64,000 bases of DNA from Oscillospiraceae bacterium (GCA_015067825.1 SVLQ01000008.1:777-64776); one strand, 5' to 3'; positions 39,900 to 48,628 are shown, numbered from the stretch's first letter. Numbers and translations are program-made. Notes: generated by a model from the sequence alone, not told the origin.

Positions 39900-40850
39900 A
39901 TGATTGAATTTGTTAAACCGACGATAGAAACCATCGACATGTCCGCCGACGGTTCGTACGGCAAGTTTGTCGTTGAACCGCTTCAGCGCGGCTACGGCAT
40001 GACGCTTGGTAACTCTATGCGCCGTGTTTTGCTCTCGTCTCTGGAAGGTTCGGCGATCACCGCGGTGAAAATTGCGGGCGTTCAGCACGAGTTTTCCACC
40101 ATCCCCGGCGTGAAAGAGGATGTTACGCAGATCGTTCTCAACCTGAAATCGGTCATCGCGAAGCTCCACGCACCCGGTCCGAAGGTCATGTACATCGAAG
40201 CCTCCGGTAAAACGGAGATCGTTGCCGGCGACATCATCGGCGATAGCGACGTCGAGATCTTAAATCCCGACCACCACATCGCTTCGCTCGCGGAAGATGC
40301 CCGTCTCTCGATGGAACTGACGTTCAACAGCGGCAGAGGTTATGTTTCGGCGGAAAAGAACAAGCCGGCGCAGATGGTCATCGGTCTGATCCCGATCGAC
40401 TCGATCTACACCCCGGTCATCAAAGTCAACTACACCGTCGAAGACACGCGCGTCGGTGACGCCGTGGACCATGACAAGCTGACGCTGGAAGTCTGGACGA
40501 ATAAGACCCTGACCGCGGCGGATGCCGTTTCGTGGTCGGCGAAGATTCTCACAGACCATCTGGCTCTCTTTATCGGGCTGTCCAAGGATCTTGCCAACTC
40601 GGCCACTGTCGTCGACAAGCCGAACGAAAGCAAGAGCGCCCAGCTCGACATGACGATTGAAGAACTCGACTTCTCGGTCCGTTCGTTCAACTGTCTGAAG
40701 CGCGCCGGAATTAACACGGTTGAAGATCTTGTCAACCGTTCTGAAGAAGATATGATGAAGGTTCGAAATCTCGGTAAGAAATCGCTGGAAGAAGTCATCA
40801 ATAAGCTCCATGCCATGGGCTTCTCCTTGAAGAGCGACGACGAGAACTGA
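39900..40850 (+). CDS. rpoA: DNA-directed RNA polymerase subunit alpha
   Basis: ORF 39768-40850 trimmed to [10 protein letters not shown] (ATG 39900, GGAGGG upstream), 316 aa. Conserved NTD and CTD. Confidence 0.96.
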   Translation: MIEFVKPTIETIDMSADGSYGKFVVEPLQRGYGMTLGNSMRRVLLSSLEGSAITAVKIAGVQHEFSTIPGVKEDVTQIVLNLKSVIAKLHAPGPKVMYIEASGKTEIVAGDIIGDSDVEILNPDHHIASLAEDARLSMELTFNSGRGYVSAEKNKPAQMVIGLIPIDSIYTPVIKVNYTVEDTRVGDAVDHDKLTLEVWTNKTLTAADAVSWSAKILTDHLALFIGLSKDLANSATVVDKPNESKSAQLDMTIEELDFSVRSFNCLKRAGINTVEDLVNRSEEDMMKVRNLGKKSLEEVINKLHAMGFSLKSDDEN

Positions 40851-40866
40851 TTAAGGAGGATACAAT

Positions 40867-41208
40867 ATGCCCGGGACCCGTAAGCTCGGCAGACCGACCG
40901 ATCACCGCAAAGCGATGCTTCGCGCCATGGTGACCTATCTGTTTGAGAGCGGAAAAATCGAGACCACCGTTACGCGTGCGAAGGAAGTTCGCCCGATCGC
41001 GGAAAAAATGATTACGCTCGCCAAGAATCCGACTCTGGCTAACAAGCGTCAGCTGCTCTCCTTCATTACCAAGGAAGCTGTTGTTTATAAGCTGATCAAC
41101 GAAATTACGCCGAAGTATATGGAACGCAACGGCGGTTACACGCGCATCATCCGTACCGGTATGCGCCGCGGTGACGCTGCCGAAATGGCGATCATCGAGC
41201 TCATCTGA
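40867..41208 (+). CDS. rplQ: 50S ribosomal protein L17
   Basis: 113 aa, conserved L17 sequence, last gene of the alpha operon. Confidence 0.97.
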   Translation: MPGTRKLGRPTDHRKAMLRAMVTYLFESGKIETTVTRAKEVRPIAEKMITLAKNPTLANKRQLLSFITKEAVVYKLINEITPKYMERNGGYTRIIRTGMRRGDAAEMAIIELI

Positions 41209-41255
41209 GCGCCGAAGAACCGTTTCAAAGGCGAATAGCGTTTACGCAACCAAAG

Positions 41256-41300
41256 GGTATTGTCCCAAGTACCGGCATTGGGACAATACCTTTTTCTTTT
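41256..41300 (+). terminator. Intrinsic terminator of the ribosomal superoperon
   Basis: 13-bp stem ggtattgtcccaa / ttgggacaatacc followed by TTTTT. Confidence 0.8.
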
Positions 41301-41327
41301 TGCCGGAAAGAAAGCGAGGTCAGAAGT

Positions 41328-42554
41328 ATGCTGCAGGATTCGTTTACTCCGGTCGTCCGCTTTGCTGTTATGAGCGACGTCCATATCGAAGACAACTACA
41401 ACCCCGAGCGCGAACGCTTTGCGACCGCGTGGAAGGTTGCCAACAACTTTGCCGCCGAAAGCCAAACCTACAACAAACTCGACGCGGTCTTCCTCGTCGG
41501 CGATATCGCCACCAGCGGTACGCTGCCGCAGTATTATGCGATCCGCGATATCATCGCAGCCAATAAGCTGCCTGAAACGCGCCTTGTCTATTCGCTCGCC
41601 GGCCACGAACACCGCGAGCAGATCGACGTCGCCGAAGCCCGCCTGCGCGAGATCTTCGGTATGGAACCGGATCAGCACCTCGTGATCAACGGCTTCCACT
41701 TTATCGCGATGTCCACGACCAAAAGCGCGACCTCCAAAAACACGGGCTACGACGAAGCCAAGCGCATCTGGTACGAAGAAAAGATCCGCGAAGCCATCGC
41801 CGACGACCCCGAGTGCCCGATCTTTGCCTTCCAGCACCCGCACCCCGAAAACACCTGCTACGGCGCGATCGAATGGGGTACGCCCGACCTGCTCGATATC
41901 CAGCGCAAATACCCGCAGCTGATCACCTTCTCCGGCCACTCGCACGCGCCGATCAACGATCCGCGCTCGATCTGGCAGGGCGACTTCACCTCGCTCGGCA
42001 CGGGTTCGCTTGCGTACTTCGAGCTTGATGAGTTCGATAAGGTCTACGGCACCGTCCCGCCCGATAGCCAGATCTGCGCGCAGTTCTATATCGTCGAAGC
42101 CGACGCCCAAAAACGCGTGCGCGTCCTCGCCTACGATATCATCACCGGCCGCTTCTTCGACCAGTGCTGGATGATCGAAAAAGCGTGGGACAAATCGACG
42201 TTTACCTACACCGACGACCGCCCCGGCAGCGAATGCGAACCGTATTTTGCCGAGACGGATGTGATCTCACTCGACGCCGTCGGCGAAACCGAGGTCATGC
42301 TGTCGTTCCCGCAGGCCGAGATCGACGCTTTCCGCGTCAACGCCTACTACCTCACGCTGACGGATGCAAGCGGTGCGGAGGTACGTACGGAGAGCGTTTG
42401 GAGCCACTACTATCTGAACGATATGCCCGCGCGCATGAGCTGGACGTTGAAGGATCTGCAGCCCGGTACGACCTATACCGCCACGGTCACGGCGACGAAC
42501 TTCTGGGCGAAGCGCTCGACGAATGCGCTCACCTGCACGTTTACCACGAAATAA
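41328..42554 (+). CDS. metallophosphoesterase with C-terminal Fn3-like domain
   Basis: 408 aa. Calcineurin-like motifs are present: SDVH, GDIATSG, GHEH and GHSHAP. The C-terminal roughly 110 aa form a beta-rich domain. Confidence 0.75.
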   Translation: MLQDSFTPVVRFAVMSDVHIEDNYNPERERFATAWKVANNFAAESQTYNKLDAVFLVGDIATSGTLPQYYAIRDIIAANKLPETRLVYSLAGHEHREQIDVAEARLREIFGMEPDQHLVINGFHFIAMSTTKSATSKNTGYDEAKRIWYEEKIREAIADDPECPIFAFQHPHPENTCYGAIEWGTPDLLDIQRKYPQLITFSGHSHAPINDPRSIWQGDFTSLGTGSLAYFELDEFDKVYGTVPPDSQICAQFYIVEADAQKRVRVLAYDIITGRFFDQCWMIEKAWDKSTFTYTDDRPGSECEPYFAETDVISLDAVGETEVMLSFPQAEIDAFRVNAYYLTLTDASGAEVRTESVWSHYYLNDMPARMSWTLKDLQPGTTYTATVTATNFWAKRSTNALTCTFTTK

Positions 42555-42559
42555 CACCT

Positions 42560-42598
42560 TGCCGCACGGGTCTCCCGAAAACCCGTGCGGCATTTTTC
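42560..42598 (+). terminator. Intrinsic terminator
   Basis: tgccgcacgggt / acccgtgcggca hairpin followed by TTTTT. Confidence 0.8.
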
Positions 42599-42640
42599 TC
42601 GGCCCAATATTACAGTTGCGTTACACCTTTGCGCGAAATC

Positions 42641-42669
42641 TTGACATTTTCCGGTGGTTCGGGTATACT
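42641..42669 (+). promoter_or_regulatory. SigA-type promoter (TTGACA-17-TATACT)
   Basis: TTGACA at 42641-42646, 17-nt spacer, TATACT at 42664-42669. Confidence 0.6.
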
Positions 42670-42704
42670 TTGAGGAGAAACTGAGAAAAGGAGCGTGAAC
42701 GAAG

Positions 42705-43913
42705 ATGACAAAAACGACGCGAACTCGTCGTGCGCTTTGCCTGCTGCTGGCGCTTTGTGCGTTGTTTGCCGTGTTGCCGCAGCCGGTTATGGCTGCCGAC
42801 AAAGCGGTGCGGTATGCCGATGGCGAATTCATCTCCGCCTACGCTACCGAATCGGTTGCCAAAGCCCACACCTATAACGTGATGCACGGTTCAGTTATCG
42901 ACGGCCGCTATGTATTCCGTCCGCTCGATTACGTGACGCGTCAGGAAATGTTCCGCGTAGTCTATTCACTCGGAAACGCTGGCAAGACCGATCGCAACGA
43001 GATGTTTGAATGGCTGACGGAGATGTCTGCCTTTGTCGATAAGAATGAGATCGCTGCGTGGGCCAAGAGCTACGCCGGGTACTGCATTAGCATGGGGTTA
43101 TTTGTCGGCGACGGCAGTAACCGCTTGAAACCGCGCGATCATATCACCTATTTCGAATGTGCGATCGTTTTTCTGCGCGTGCTCGGCTATACACAGAACA
43201 CGCTTGCGATCCGTTCCGACGAAACGCAGGAGCAGTGGCGCAGCCGCGTGATTGCCGAAGCCGATCGGCTGGGGCTGTTTGCGAATGTGTTGTACTACGA
43301 AAATGGCCGCTACGACCAGGCGATTTTCCGTCAGGATGTGGCGGTGATGGTCGCCAATGCCCTAAAGTGCAAAGTTGTCACGCATTTTCTGGTGCTTGAC
43401 GAAGTGGTCTATGTCGAACGCGACGAAACGCTCGCGGAGTACGTGTTTGGCAAGGTGGAGGAGACACGTTCGACGGTTGTCGGCATTTCCGATGGGAAGT
43501 ACCTGCTCGATAACGGTCTGACAATTGCGACATACGATTTCAAAGAGCCGGTCGAAGCTCTGCTCGGGCGGCAGATTGTGTATAACGCTGCACCGGCCAA
43601 CCTGGCGCTCTCGTGGACAGGCTCACTTGCGGCCGAGACCGTAACGGTGGTCACTGCGAACAAATTGCAGTGCACACTGAAAAACCGTCGGATCGAGCTG
43701 CAAATTGGCAACGCGAAATACGCCTATACTGTGAGCCCCGATGACAGCATCTTTCTCTTTGATGGCGGAAAAGCAGGCACAGCAGTGCCTGTTTCCCAGT
43801 TGCCGGCGTTGGTTGCCACGTGGCAGAGTATGCAGTCGCAGATCATGCTTCGCATGATTGTTGGCGAAGACGAAACGCTGCGGAGTGTGCGCGTGATCTA
43901 CCTCGCGCAGTAA
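42705..43913 (+). CDS. secreted S-layer homology (SLH) domain protein
   Basis: 402 aa. Signal peptide ending VMAADK. Three SLH-like segments, for example DYVTRQEMFRVVYSL and HITYFECAIVFLRVLG. Confidence 0.7.
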   Translation: MTKTTRTRRALCLLLALCALFAVLPQPVMAADKAVRYADGEFISAYATESVAKAHTYNVMHGSVIDGRYVFRPLDYVTRQEMFRVVYSLGNAGKTDRNEMFEWLTEMSAFVDKNEIAAWAKSYAGYCISMGLFVGDGSNRLKPRDHITYFECAIVFLRVLGYTQNTLAIRSDETQEQWRSRVIAEADRLGLFANVLYYENGRYDQAIFRQDVAVMVANALKCKVVTHFLVLDEVVYVERDETLAEYVFGKVEETRSTVVGISDGKYLLDNGLTIATYDFKEPVEALLGRQIVYNAAPANLALSWTGSLAAETVTVVTANKLQCTLKNRRIELQIGNAKYAYTVSPDDSIFLFDGGKAGTAVPVSQLPALVATWQSMQSQIMLRMIVGEDETLRSVRVIYLAQ

Positions 43914-43939
43914 ATTTGGACCGGAAAGGACGCTGACCG

Positions 43940-44929
43940 ATGACAACCGAACACCCCTTTTCCATCGGCGGTGTCTCCATCCCCGGATCGTTCGGCCTTG
44001 CGCCGATGGCCGGTGTGGGTGACTATGCGTTCCGCGCGATCTGCCGTGAGCACGGTGCGGCCTACACGGTTTCGGAAATGGTGAGCGCGAAGGCGCTCTG
44101 CTACGGCGATAAAAAAACGGCGCAGCTTCTCTACCTCGGCGATTCCGAGTGCCCTGCCGCCGTGCAGATCTTCGGCAGCGAGCCGGAGTTCATGGCCGAG
44201 GGCGGCAAGCTCGCCTTGGCGATGTCGGGTGCGCAGATTTTGGATATCAACATGGGCTGTCCGGCGGGCAAGATCGTGCGCTCGGGCGAAGGCTCGGCGC
44301 TGATGAAAGATCCGCAGCTCGCCTCGCGCTGCATCGAAGCGGTCGCGGCGGCTGTCAACGTGCCGGTGACGGTCAAATTCCGCGCCGGATGGGACGAAAC
44401 GCAGCGGAATGCTGTGGAATTCGCCAAAATGGCGGCTGCTTCCGGCGCATCCGCCCTCTGTATCCACGGCCGCACGCGTGCGCAGATGTACGCGGGCACG
44501 GCCGACCGCGCGCTGATGCGGGCGGTGGTCGAAGCGGTGGAGATCCCGGTGATGGTCAACGGCGACGTCACCGACGGCGCGAGCGGCGCGGCGATCTTAC
44601 GCGAGACCGGCGCGCAATTTGCCATGATCGGCCGCGGCGCACTCGGCAATCCGTGGGTATTTGCCGCGTGCGAGGCCGCAGTTTCCGGTTCCGAATTTGC
44701 CCAGCCCGATCTGAAAACGCGGCTGGAAACGGCCAAACGCCAGGCCCAACTCGCCGCAAACCAAAAGGGCGAGGGTGTCGCCTGCCGCGAGCTGCGCGCA
44801 CATATGATGTATTATCTGCGGGGGATCCGCTCGGCGGCGAAATACCGCGTGCGCGCCACCCAAGTGCGCACACTTGACGAGCTGGCCGAACTGGTTGCCG
44901 AGGTTTTGGCGGCGGCCGAAGCGGAATAG
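43940..44929 (+). CDS. dusB: tRNA-dihydrouridine synthase
   Basis: 329 aa. The Dus family pattern includes LAPMAGVGD, DINMGCP and HGRT. Confidence 0.88.
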   Translation: MTTEHPFSIGGVSIPGSFGLAPMAGVGDYAFRAICREHGAAYTVSEMVSAKALCYGDKKTAQLLYLGDSECPAAVQIFGSEPEFMAEGGKLALAMSGAQILDINMGCPAGKIVRSGEGSALMKDPQLASRCIEAVAAAVNVPVTVKFRAGWDETQRNAVEFAKMAAASGASALCIHGRTRAQMYAGTADRALMRAVVEAVEIPVMVNGDVTDGASGAAILRETGAQFAMIGRGALGNPWVFAACEAAVSGSEFAQPDLKTRLETAKRQAQLAANQKGEGVACRELRAHMMYYLRGIRSAAKYRVRATQVRTLDELAELVAEVLAAAEAE

Positions 44930-44950
44930 GCAGATTTTTCTGCCGGGGAC

Positions 44951-44979
44951 TTGCATTTTTTTCGCCTTCGCGGTATAAT
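44951..44979 (+). promoter_or_regulatory. SigA-type promoter (TTGCAT-17-TATAAT) for tRNA-Gly
   Basis: TTGCAT at 44951-44956, 17-nt spacer, TATAAT at 44974-44979, about 22 nt upstream of the tRNA 5' end. Confidence 0.65.
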
Positions 44980-45001
44980 ATAGAAGTGGTTTTTCCACTA
45001 T

Positions 45002-45076
<75 letters not shown>

Positions 45077-45077
45077 G

Positions 45078-45109
45078 AAAAAAGCACTTGCTCACGCAAG
45101 TGCTTTTTT
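45078..45109 (+). terminator. Intrinsic terminator after tRNA-Gly
   Basis: gcacttgc-tcac-gcaagtgc hairpin flanked by an A-run and TTTTTT. Confidence 0.8.
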
Positions 45110-45292
45110 CAGTGAAATTCGCCTTCGGCGAGTGAAATATGGCTTCGCCATGTGAAATAGCGACGCTGTGAAATATTTGCTGCGCAAATGTGAAGAGGCG
45201 AATTTCATTTCACATTGCGACCAAAGGGAGCAATATTTCACAATTCACGAAGTGAATGATTTCACATTCGGCAACACCGAATATTTCACTAA
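45109..45292. repeat. GTGAAAT/ATTTCAC heptamer-plus-hairpin array, copy 2 (complete)
   Basis: GTGAAAT at 45112, 45132, 45152 and 45168 (GTGAAG at 45190). ATTTCAC at 45207, 45235, 45259 and 45283. Every inter-heptamer spacer is a flush self-complementary hairpin. Confidence 0.8.
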
Positions 45293-45322
45293 AATATGAA
45301 GTTGCAATTTTATCCTATGAGC

Positions 45323-45374
45323 ACAAAAAGAAAGTCGTACACCAAAGGCTTCGGGTTCTTAAGGACAGTTTTTA
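45323..45374. repeat. Left inverted repeat bracketing the XRE-TPR cassette
   Basis: ACAAAAAGAAAGTCGTACACC…GTTCTTAAGGACAGTTTTTA. The reverse complement recurs at 47055-47105, with identical 15-bp and 19-bp arms and a divergent roughly 12-bp centre. Confidence 0.75.
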
Positions 45375-45412
45375 CAATAAAACAACAGACCGGCGAACGA
45401 TTACAGCCAAAG

Positions 45413-45545
45413 GCTCCCTTGTGTAAAGGGAGCTGTCAGCGAAGCTGACTGAGGGATTGTTTTTATGAGAAATTTAGTTCTTACAATCCCTTCGTCACGG
45501 CTACGCCGCGCCACCTCCCTTTACACAAGGGAGGCTTTTTCTTTG
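45413..45545. repeat. Nested hairpin/inverted-repeat module ending in a terminator-like hairpin
   Basis: gctccctt-gtgta-aagggagc (45413-45433) and its inverse cctccctt-tacac-aagggagg (45514-45534, followed by cttttt). These enclose the hairpins gtcagc-gaa-gctgac and agggattgt…acaatccct. Confidence 0.6.
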
Positions 45546-45601
45546 CCTGCAAGTGCGCACTTCCTCACCACCGAACATGGCGGGGAAATTTCATAAAGTA
45601 T

Positions 45602-45645
45602 AAGCCTCCGATAAAAAATTCTTTCTCATCGGAGGCTTGTTTTGT
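45602..45645. terminator. Hairpin terminator downstream of the XRE-TPR gene
   Basis: aagcctccgat / atcggaggctt stem with a 15-nt loop and T-rich flanks. Confidence 0.5.
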
Positions 45646-45707
45646 TTACATATTTATTTTTTATTTGATAATTTTTGTTTTCAATTTATCCAATTGTTAA
45701 GTTTTAC

Positions 45708-46832
45708 CTATTGAATAGTTAGAGATTCCGCTTCAGATAAAATAGCAGACCAACGTTCTTCATTTCTGACGCTATTAAACCATTCCCAACCCTTTTCTGC
45801 TTCCATAATACTTGCAAGGCTTGCTATTTCGCTCTTAAATCCTTGAAGAATAGGTAGCTTCTCTCCGTTCGGCAATTGAATATGCCAATCGTTTCTTATA
45901 AGCTTGGTTTCGCCAAAGAATAGCGGATTTCCTAAATCAAGCAATGCGTTCTCGGGGAATTCATGCCATCGTTTGCTTAATTCAAGAGCTTTTTCCAAAT
46001 ACGAATATCCGTTTTCATTATCTCCCAATCCAAAATACGCGGCAGACAATCTAATGTACTGCATAGTATACTCAGGGATCCAAGCATCAGGAATCGTATT
46101 TTGCGTGATTCCGATTAGAATGTTGAGATACATCGTATTCCACGCCACCGAATCTTCCGGCTTGCCAATATAACTTTTATGCTCGCGCATTCTCGCAATC
46201 ATCGCAGAGGTCCGCAGAAAGTTCCCGGCATTTCTTATTATCCAATATTTTTCTTCCTGACCAGATAGCTTATAGCGTTTTTCATAAATTTCATGTCTGC
46301 CTTCATACCAAAAGGTTGAGTCTCTATTCAATAACGCTCCAATCTCTTCCTCATCACATACCATACACATTGCAGTAACCGCACTTCTGCGCATAGTGCT
46401 ATCGGTACAGTCTTTTAAAATTCTCTCGCCAATGTCCACAAGTCGTTTTCTATATTCGTCCTCCATGTTTCCGTGATAGCGAGTGATTCTGTGCATAAGC
46501 GATGTTGCAATATGCCAATTTCGAGGATATTTTTTATGATATTTAAGTGCTAAATCCAGTTGTTCATCGAGTGAAAGAGAATTTATAACATTAAAAAAGT
46601 TTTTTTGTACATCTTCTTTGGCATTTATTTCATCATTGCCTATTAGTTCATCAACAGTTACCTCAAAAAAATTGGCAATGGCCGGAAGAAGCGTAATATC
46701 GGGATATCCGTCTCCGCATTCCCACTTGGAAATCGATTGAGGCGATACCATCAATGCTTGAGCTAAGGCATCTTGAGTCATTTCTTTGTTTTTACGATAT
46801 TTTTTTATTCTTTCGCCAATCAACAAATCCAT
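45708..46832 (-). CDS. XRE-family HTH transcriptional regulator with TPR-like C-terminal domain
   Basis: 374 aa. The N-terminal HTH_3 region reads IGERIKKYRKNKEMTQDALAQALMVSPQSISKWECG. The helical repeat C-terminus is reminiscent of the RNPP architecture. The gene is markedly AT-rich compared with its neighbours. Confidence 0.8.
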   Translation of the reverse strand: MDLLIGERIKKYRKNKEMTQDALAQALMVSPQSISKWECGDGYPDITLLPAIANFFEVTVDELIGNDEINAKEDVQKNFFNVINSLSLDEQLDLALKYHKKYPRNWHIATSLMHRITRYHGNMEDEYRKRLVDIGERILKDCTDSTMRRSAVTAMCMVCDEEEIGALLNRDSTFWYEGRHEIYEKRYKLSGQEEKYWIIRNAGNFLRTSAMIARMREHKSYIGKPEDSVAWNTMYLNILIGITQNTIPDAWIPEYTMQYIRLSAAYFGLGDNENGYSYLEKALELSKRWHEFPENALLDLGNPLFFGETKLIRNDWHIQLPNGEKLPILQGFKSEIASLASIMEAEKGWEWFNSVRNEERWSAILSEAESLTIQ

Positions 46833-47004
46833 AATTTACTCCTTTCTATAAATGATTGTGATTTATCTTATACGACGGGCCCTGTCGTTGTAATTATTTT
46901 ATCACAACGATAAATGTCAGTCAATAACCGCGTTTTTGCGTAATTTACCACTATCGGTTGTTTTTTACTCGTTTGAGTTGATATGTATGCAACAATCAAC
47001 AATA

Positions 47005-47035
47005 AAAACGAGCCAATTTTTAGTTGGCTCGTTTT
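47005..47035. terminator. Bidirectional hairpin terminator/insulator
   Basis: aaaacgagccaa-tttttag-ttggctcgtttt. Confidence 0.6.
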
Positions 47036-47054
47036 CGATAATTTATGGGGTATT

Positions 47055-47105
47055 TAAAAACTGTCCTTAAGAACACGTTCCAAAGGTGTGCGACTTTCTT
47101 TTTGT
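47055..47105. repeat. Right inverted repeat bracketing the XRE-TPR cassette
   Basis: TAAAAACTGTCCTTAAGAAC…GGTGTGCGACTTTCTTTTTGT, the reverse complement of 45323-45374. Confidence 0.75.
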
Positions 47106-47244
47106 ATGCTTCACGCTTCATCCAAACTCGCGGAAGGAGAAGGAAGCCTTCCGGCAAGCGGTTATTCTTGACCCTTTACGGAGCGTGTGATATAATAAGC
47201 ACAAAGCGATGGTGCGATGAAAAACAAGGCGTGGTGAAGACTAC

Positions 47245-48354
47245 ATGGAAAAATGCATTCAAAAATACCGTGATTTCTATGCATTGAAGCCGAATTCTCC
47301 GCTGATCATGCGCGAATTTGGTTGGTACTGCCGGGAACGGTGGGAACGGGAAGGCTATATCAAACCCGGCGAAGATTTGGATAAGCTCTTTGGCTTTGAC
47401 GAATCGGGCGTTTGCCTTCTGGTTTTTCTGAATGGCTGTGAGGCGGCGCTGGAGCCGCCGTTTGAAGAAACGGTGCTGGAAGACCTGGGAAAATATGAGA
47501 TCGTCCAGGATATTGTCGGCCGCCACGTTAAGTGTTTCAAAGGCCGCCGCAACGGCTTTATGCCCGAATACGTGGATCACCCGGTCAAGGATCAAAAAAG
47601 CTGGGAAGAAAAGATCAAGTGGCGCCTGAACCCGGCCAGCGAGGTCCGTTACCGTCGGTTTGACGAGCGAAAAGCGCAGATTCAAAGCGAAGTTGACCGC
47701 GGAAAGCTTTTGAGCGAACTGATGCCCGGCGGCTATATGTATTTGCGCTCTCTGTTCGGGCCGACCGAGCTGTTGTATGCGTTTTACGATATGCCCGAAT
47801 TGGTGCATGAGTGTATGCAGGCATGGTTTGCGCTGAACGACGCGGTCGTTTCGTACCATCAGCAGAGCTTTGATTTGGATGAGGTATTTTTTGACGAAGA
47901 TATCTGCTATAACCACGGCAGCCTGATCTCGCCCGATATGATCCGCGAATTTCTCTTGCCCTATTACCAGCAGATCGTCACTAACGTCAAGCGCCGCAAC
48001 CGGGATAAAACCCGCAAGGTGCATCTGCAGGTTGCGACAGACGGCGCAGTCCACTCGGTCATCGACCTGTATAAAGAAGTCGGCCTCACCTATATGTCGC
48101 CCTTTGAGGTCGCTGCAGGTTGCGACGTGGTGGAAATTGGCAAGCAGCACCCCGATCTTTTGCTGTCGGGCGGTATCGATAAACGCATTCTTGCCGCCGG
48201 AAAAGACGCGATCGACCGTGAACTGGAGCGCATTCTACCGGTGATGTATCGCCGCGGCGGCTATATCCCGACCTGCGACCACGGCGTTCCCGAAGAGGTT
48301 TCCTTTGAAAATTACCTGCATTACCGCAAACGCCTGCGAGAATACGCGGAGTAA
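47245..48354 (+). CDS. uroporphyrinogen decarboxylase (URO-D)-like family protein
   Basis: 369 aa. URO-D/MtaA-like TIM-barrel pattern, including the C-terminal GGYIPTCDHGVPEEVSFENY. No other heme genes are nearby, so this is probably not hemE. Confidence 0.65.
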   Translation: MEKCIQKYRDFYALKPNSPLIMREFGWYCRERWEREGYIKPGEDLDKLFGFDESGVCLLVFLNGCEAALEPPFEETVLEDLGKYEIVQDIVGRHVKCFKGRRNGFMPEYVDHPVKDQKSWEEKIKWRLNPASEVRYRRFDERKAQIQSEVDRGKLLSELMPGGYMYLRSLFGPTELLYAFYDMPELVHECMQAWFALNDAVVSYHQQSFDLDEVFFDEDICYNHGSLISPDMIREFLLPYYQQIVTNVKRRNRDKTRKVHLQVATDGAVHSVIDLYKEVGLTYMSPFEVAAGCDVVEIGKQHPDLLLSGGIDKRILAAGKDAIDRELERILPVMYRRGGYIPTCDHGVPEEVSFENYLHYRKRLREYAE

Positions 48355-48444
48355 GATGATAGCTTTTGCCCGAAGATCGAAATGTTATTTGATTAGGTCT
48401 GTTCCGCTTGGTGCCCCAAAAAGAATCGTCATCCCGCTCAATGT

Positions 48445-48474
48445 TTGACAGCTCCTTTGGGCCTATGGTATAAT
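48445..48474 (+). promoter_or_regulatory. SigA-type promoter with extended -10 (TTGACA-18-TGgTATAAT)
   Basis: TTGACA at 48445-48450 and TGGTATAAT at 48466-48474, about 150 nt upstream of the next ORF. Confidence 0.65.
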
Positions 48475-48628
48475 ACTGACAGATGCAGAGCTGACGGCCG
48501 GTGTGCTCCCTCCCAACGATTGGCGACCGTTGGTGACAGCCCCGACGGTATTCACCTCTGCATTCGCCATTTTTGATGGATCAATCGGCGTTATCCACGC
48601 TGAAAACGAAGCAAAGGAGCGCTTGTAA

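Noticed and set aside
45109-45292. Possible CRISPR array (also 3541-3690)
   Set aside because: The repeat unit is only 7 nt, the spacers are 9-21 nt and self-complementary, the repeat switches to its reverse complement halfway, and no cas genes or leader are in the window.
46833-47045. Small ORFs near the XRE-TPR gene as candidate RNPP signalling peptides: MIVIYLIRRALSL, a 24-aa MYATINNKNEPIFSWLVFDNLWGI, and MAGKFHKV at about 45578
   Set aside because: None has an RBS. The 24-aa ORF runs through a bidirectional terminator hairpin, and none is in the usual downstream, same-strand position. They are too weak to call.
47245-48354. Calling the URO-D-like gene hemE (heme biosynthesis)
   Set aside because: No other hem genes are nearby. 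It sits in a lower-GC accessory cluster with glycoside-hydrolase-like and phosphoesterase genes, so only the family-level call is justified.
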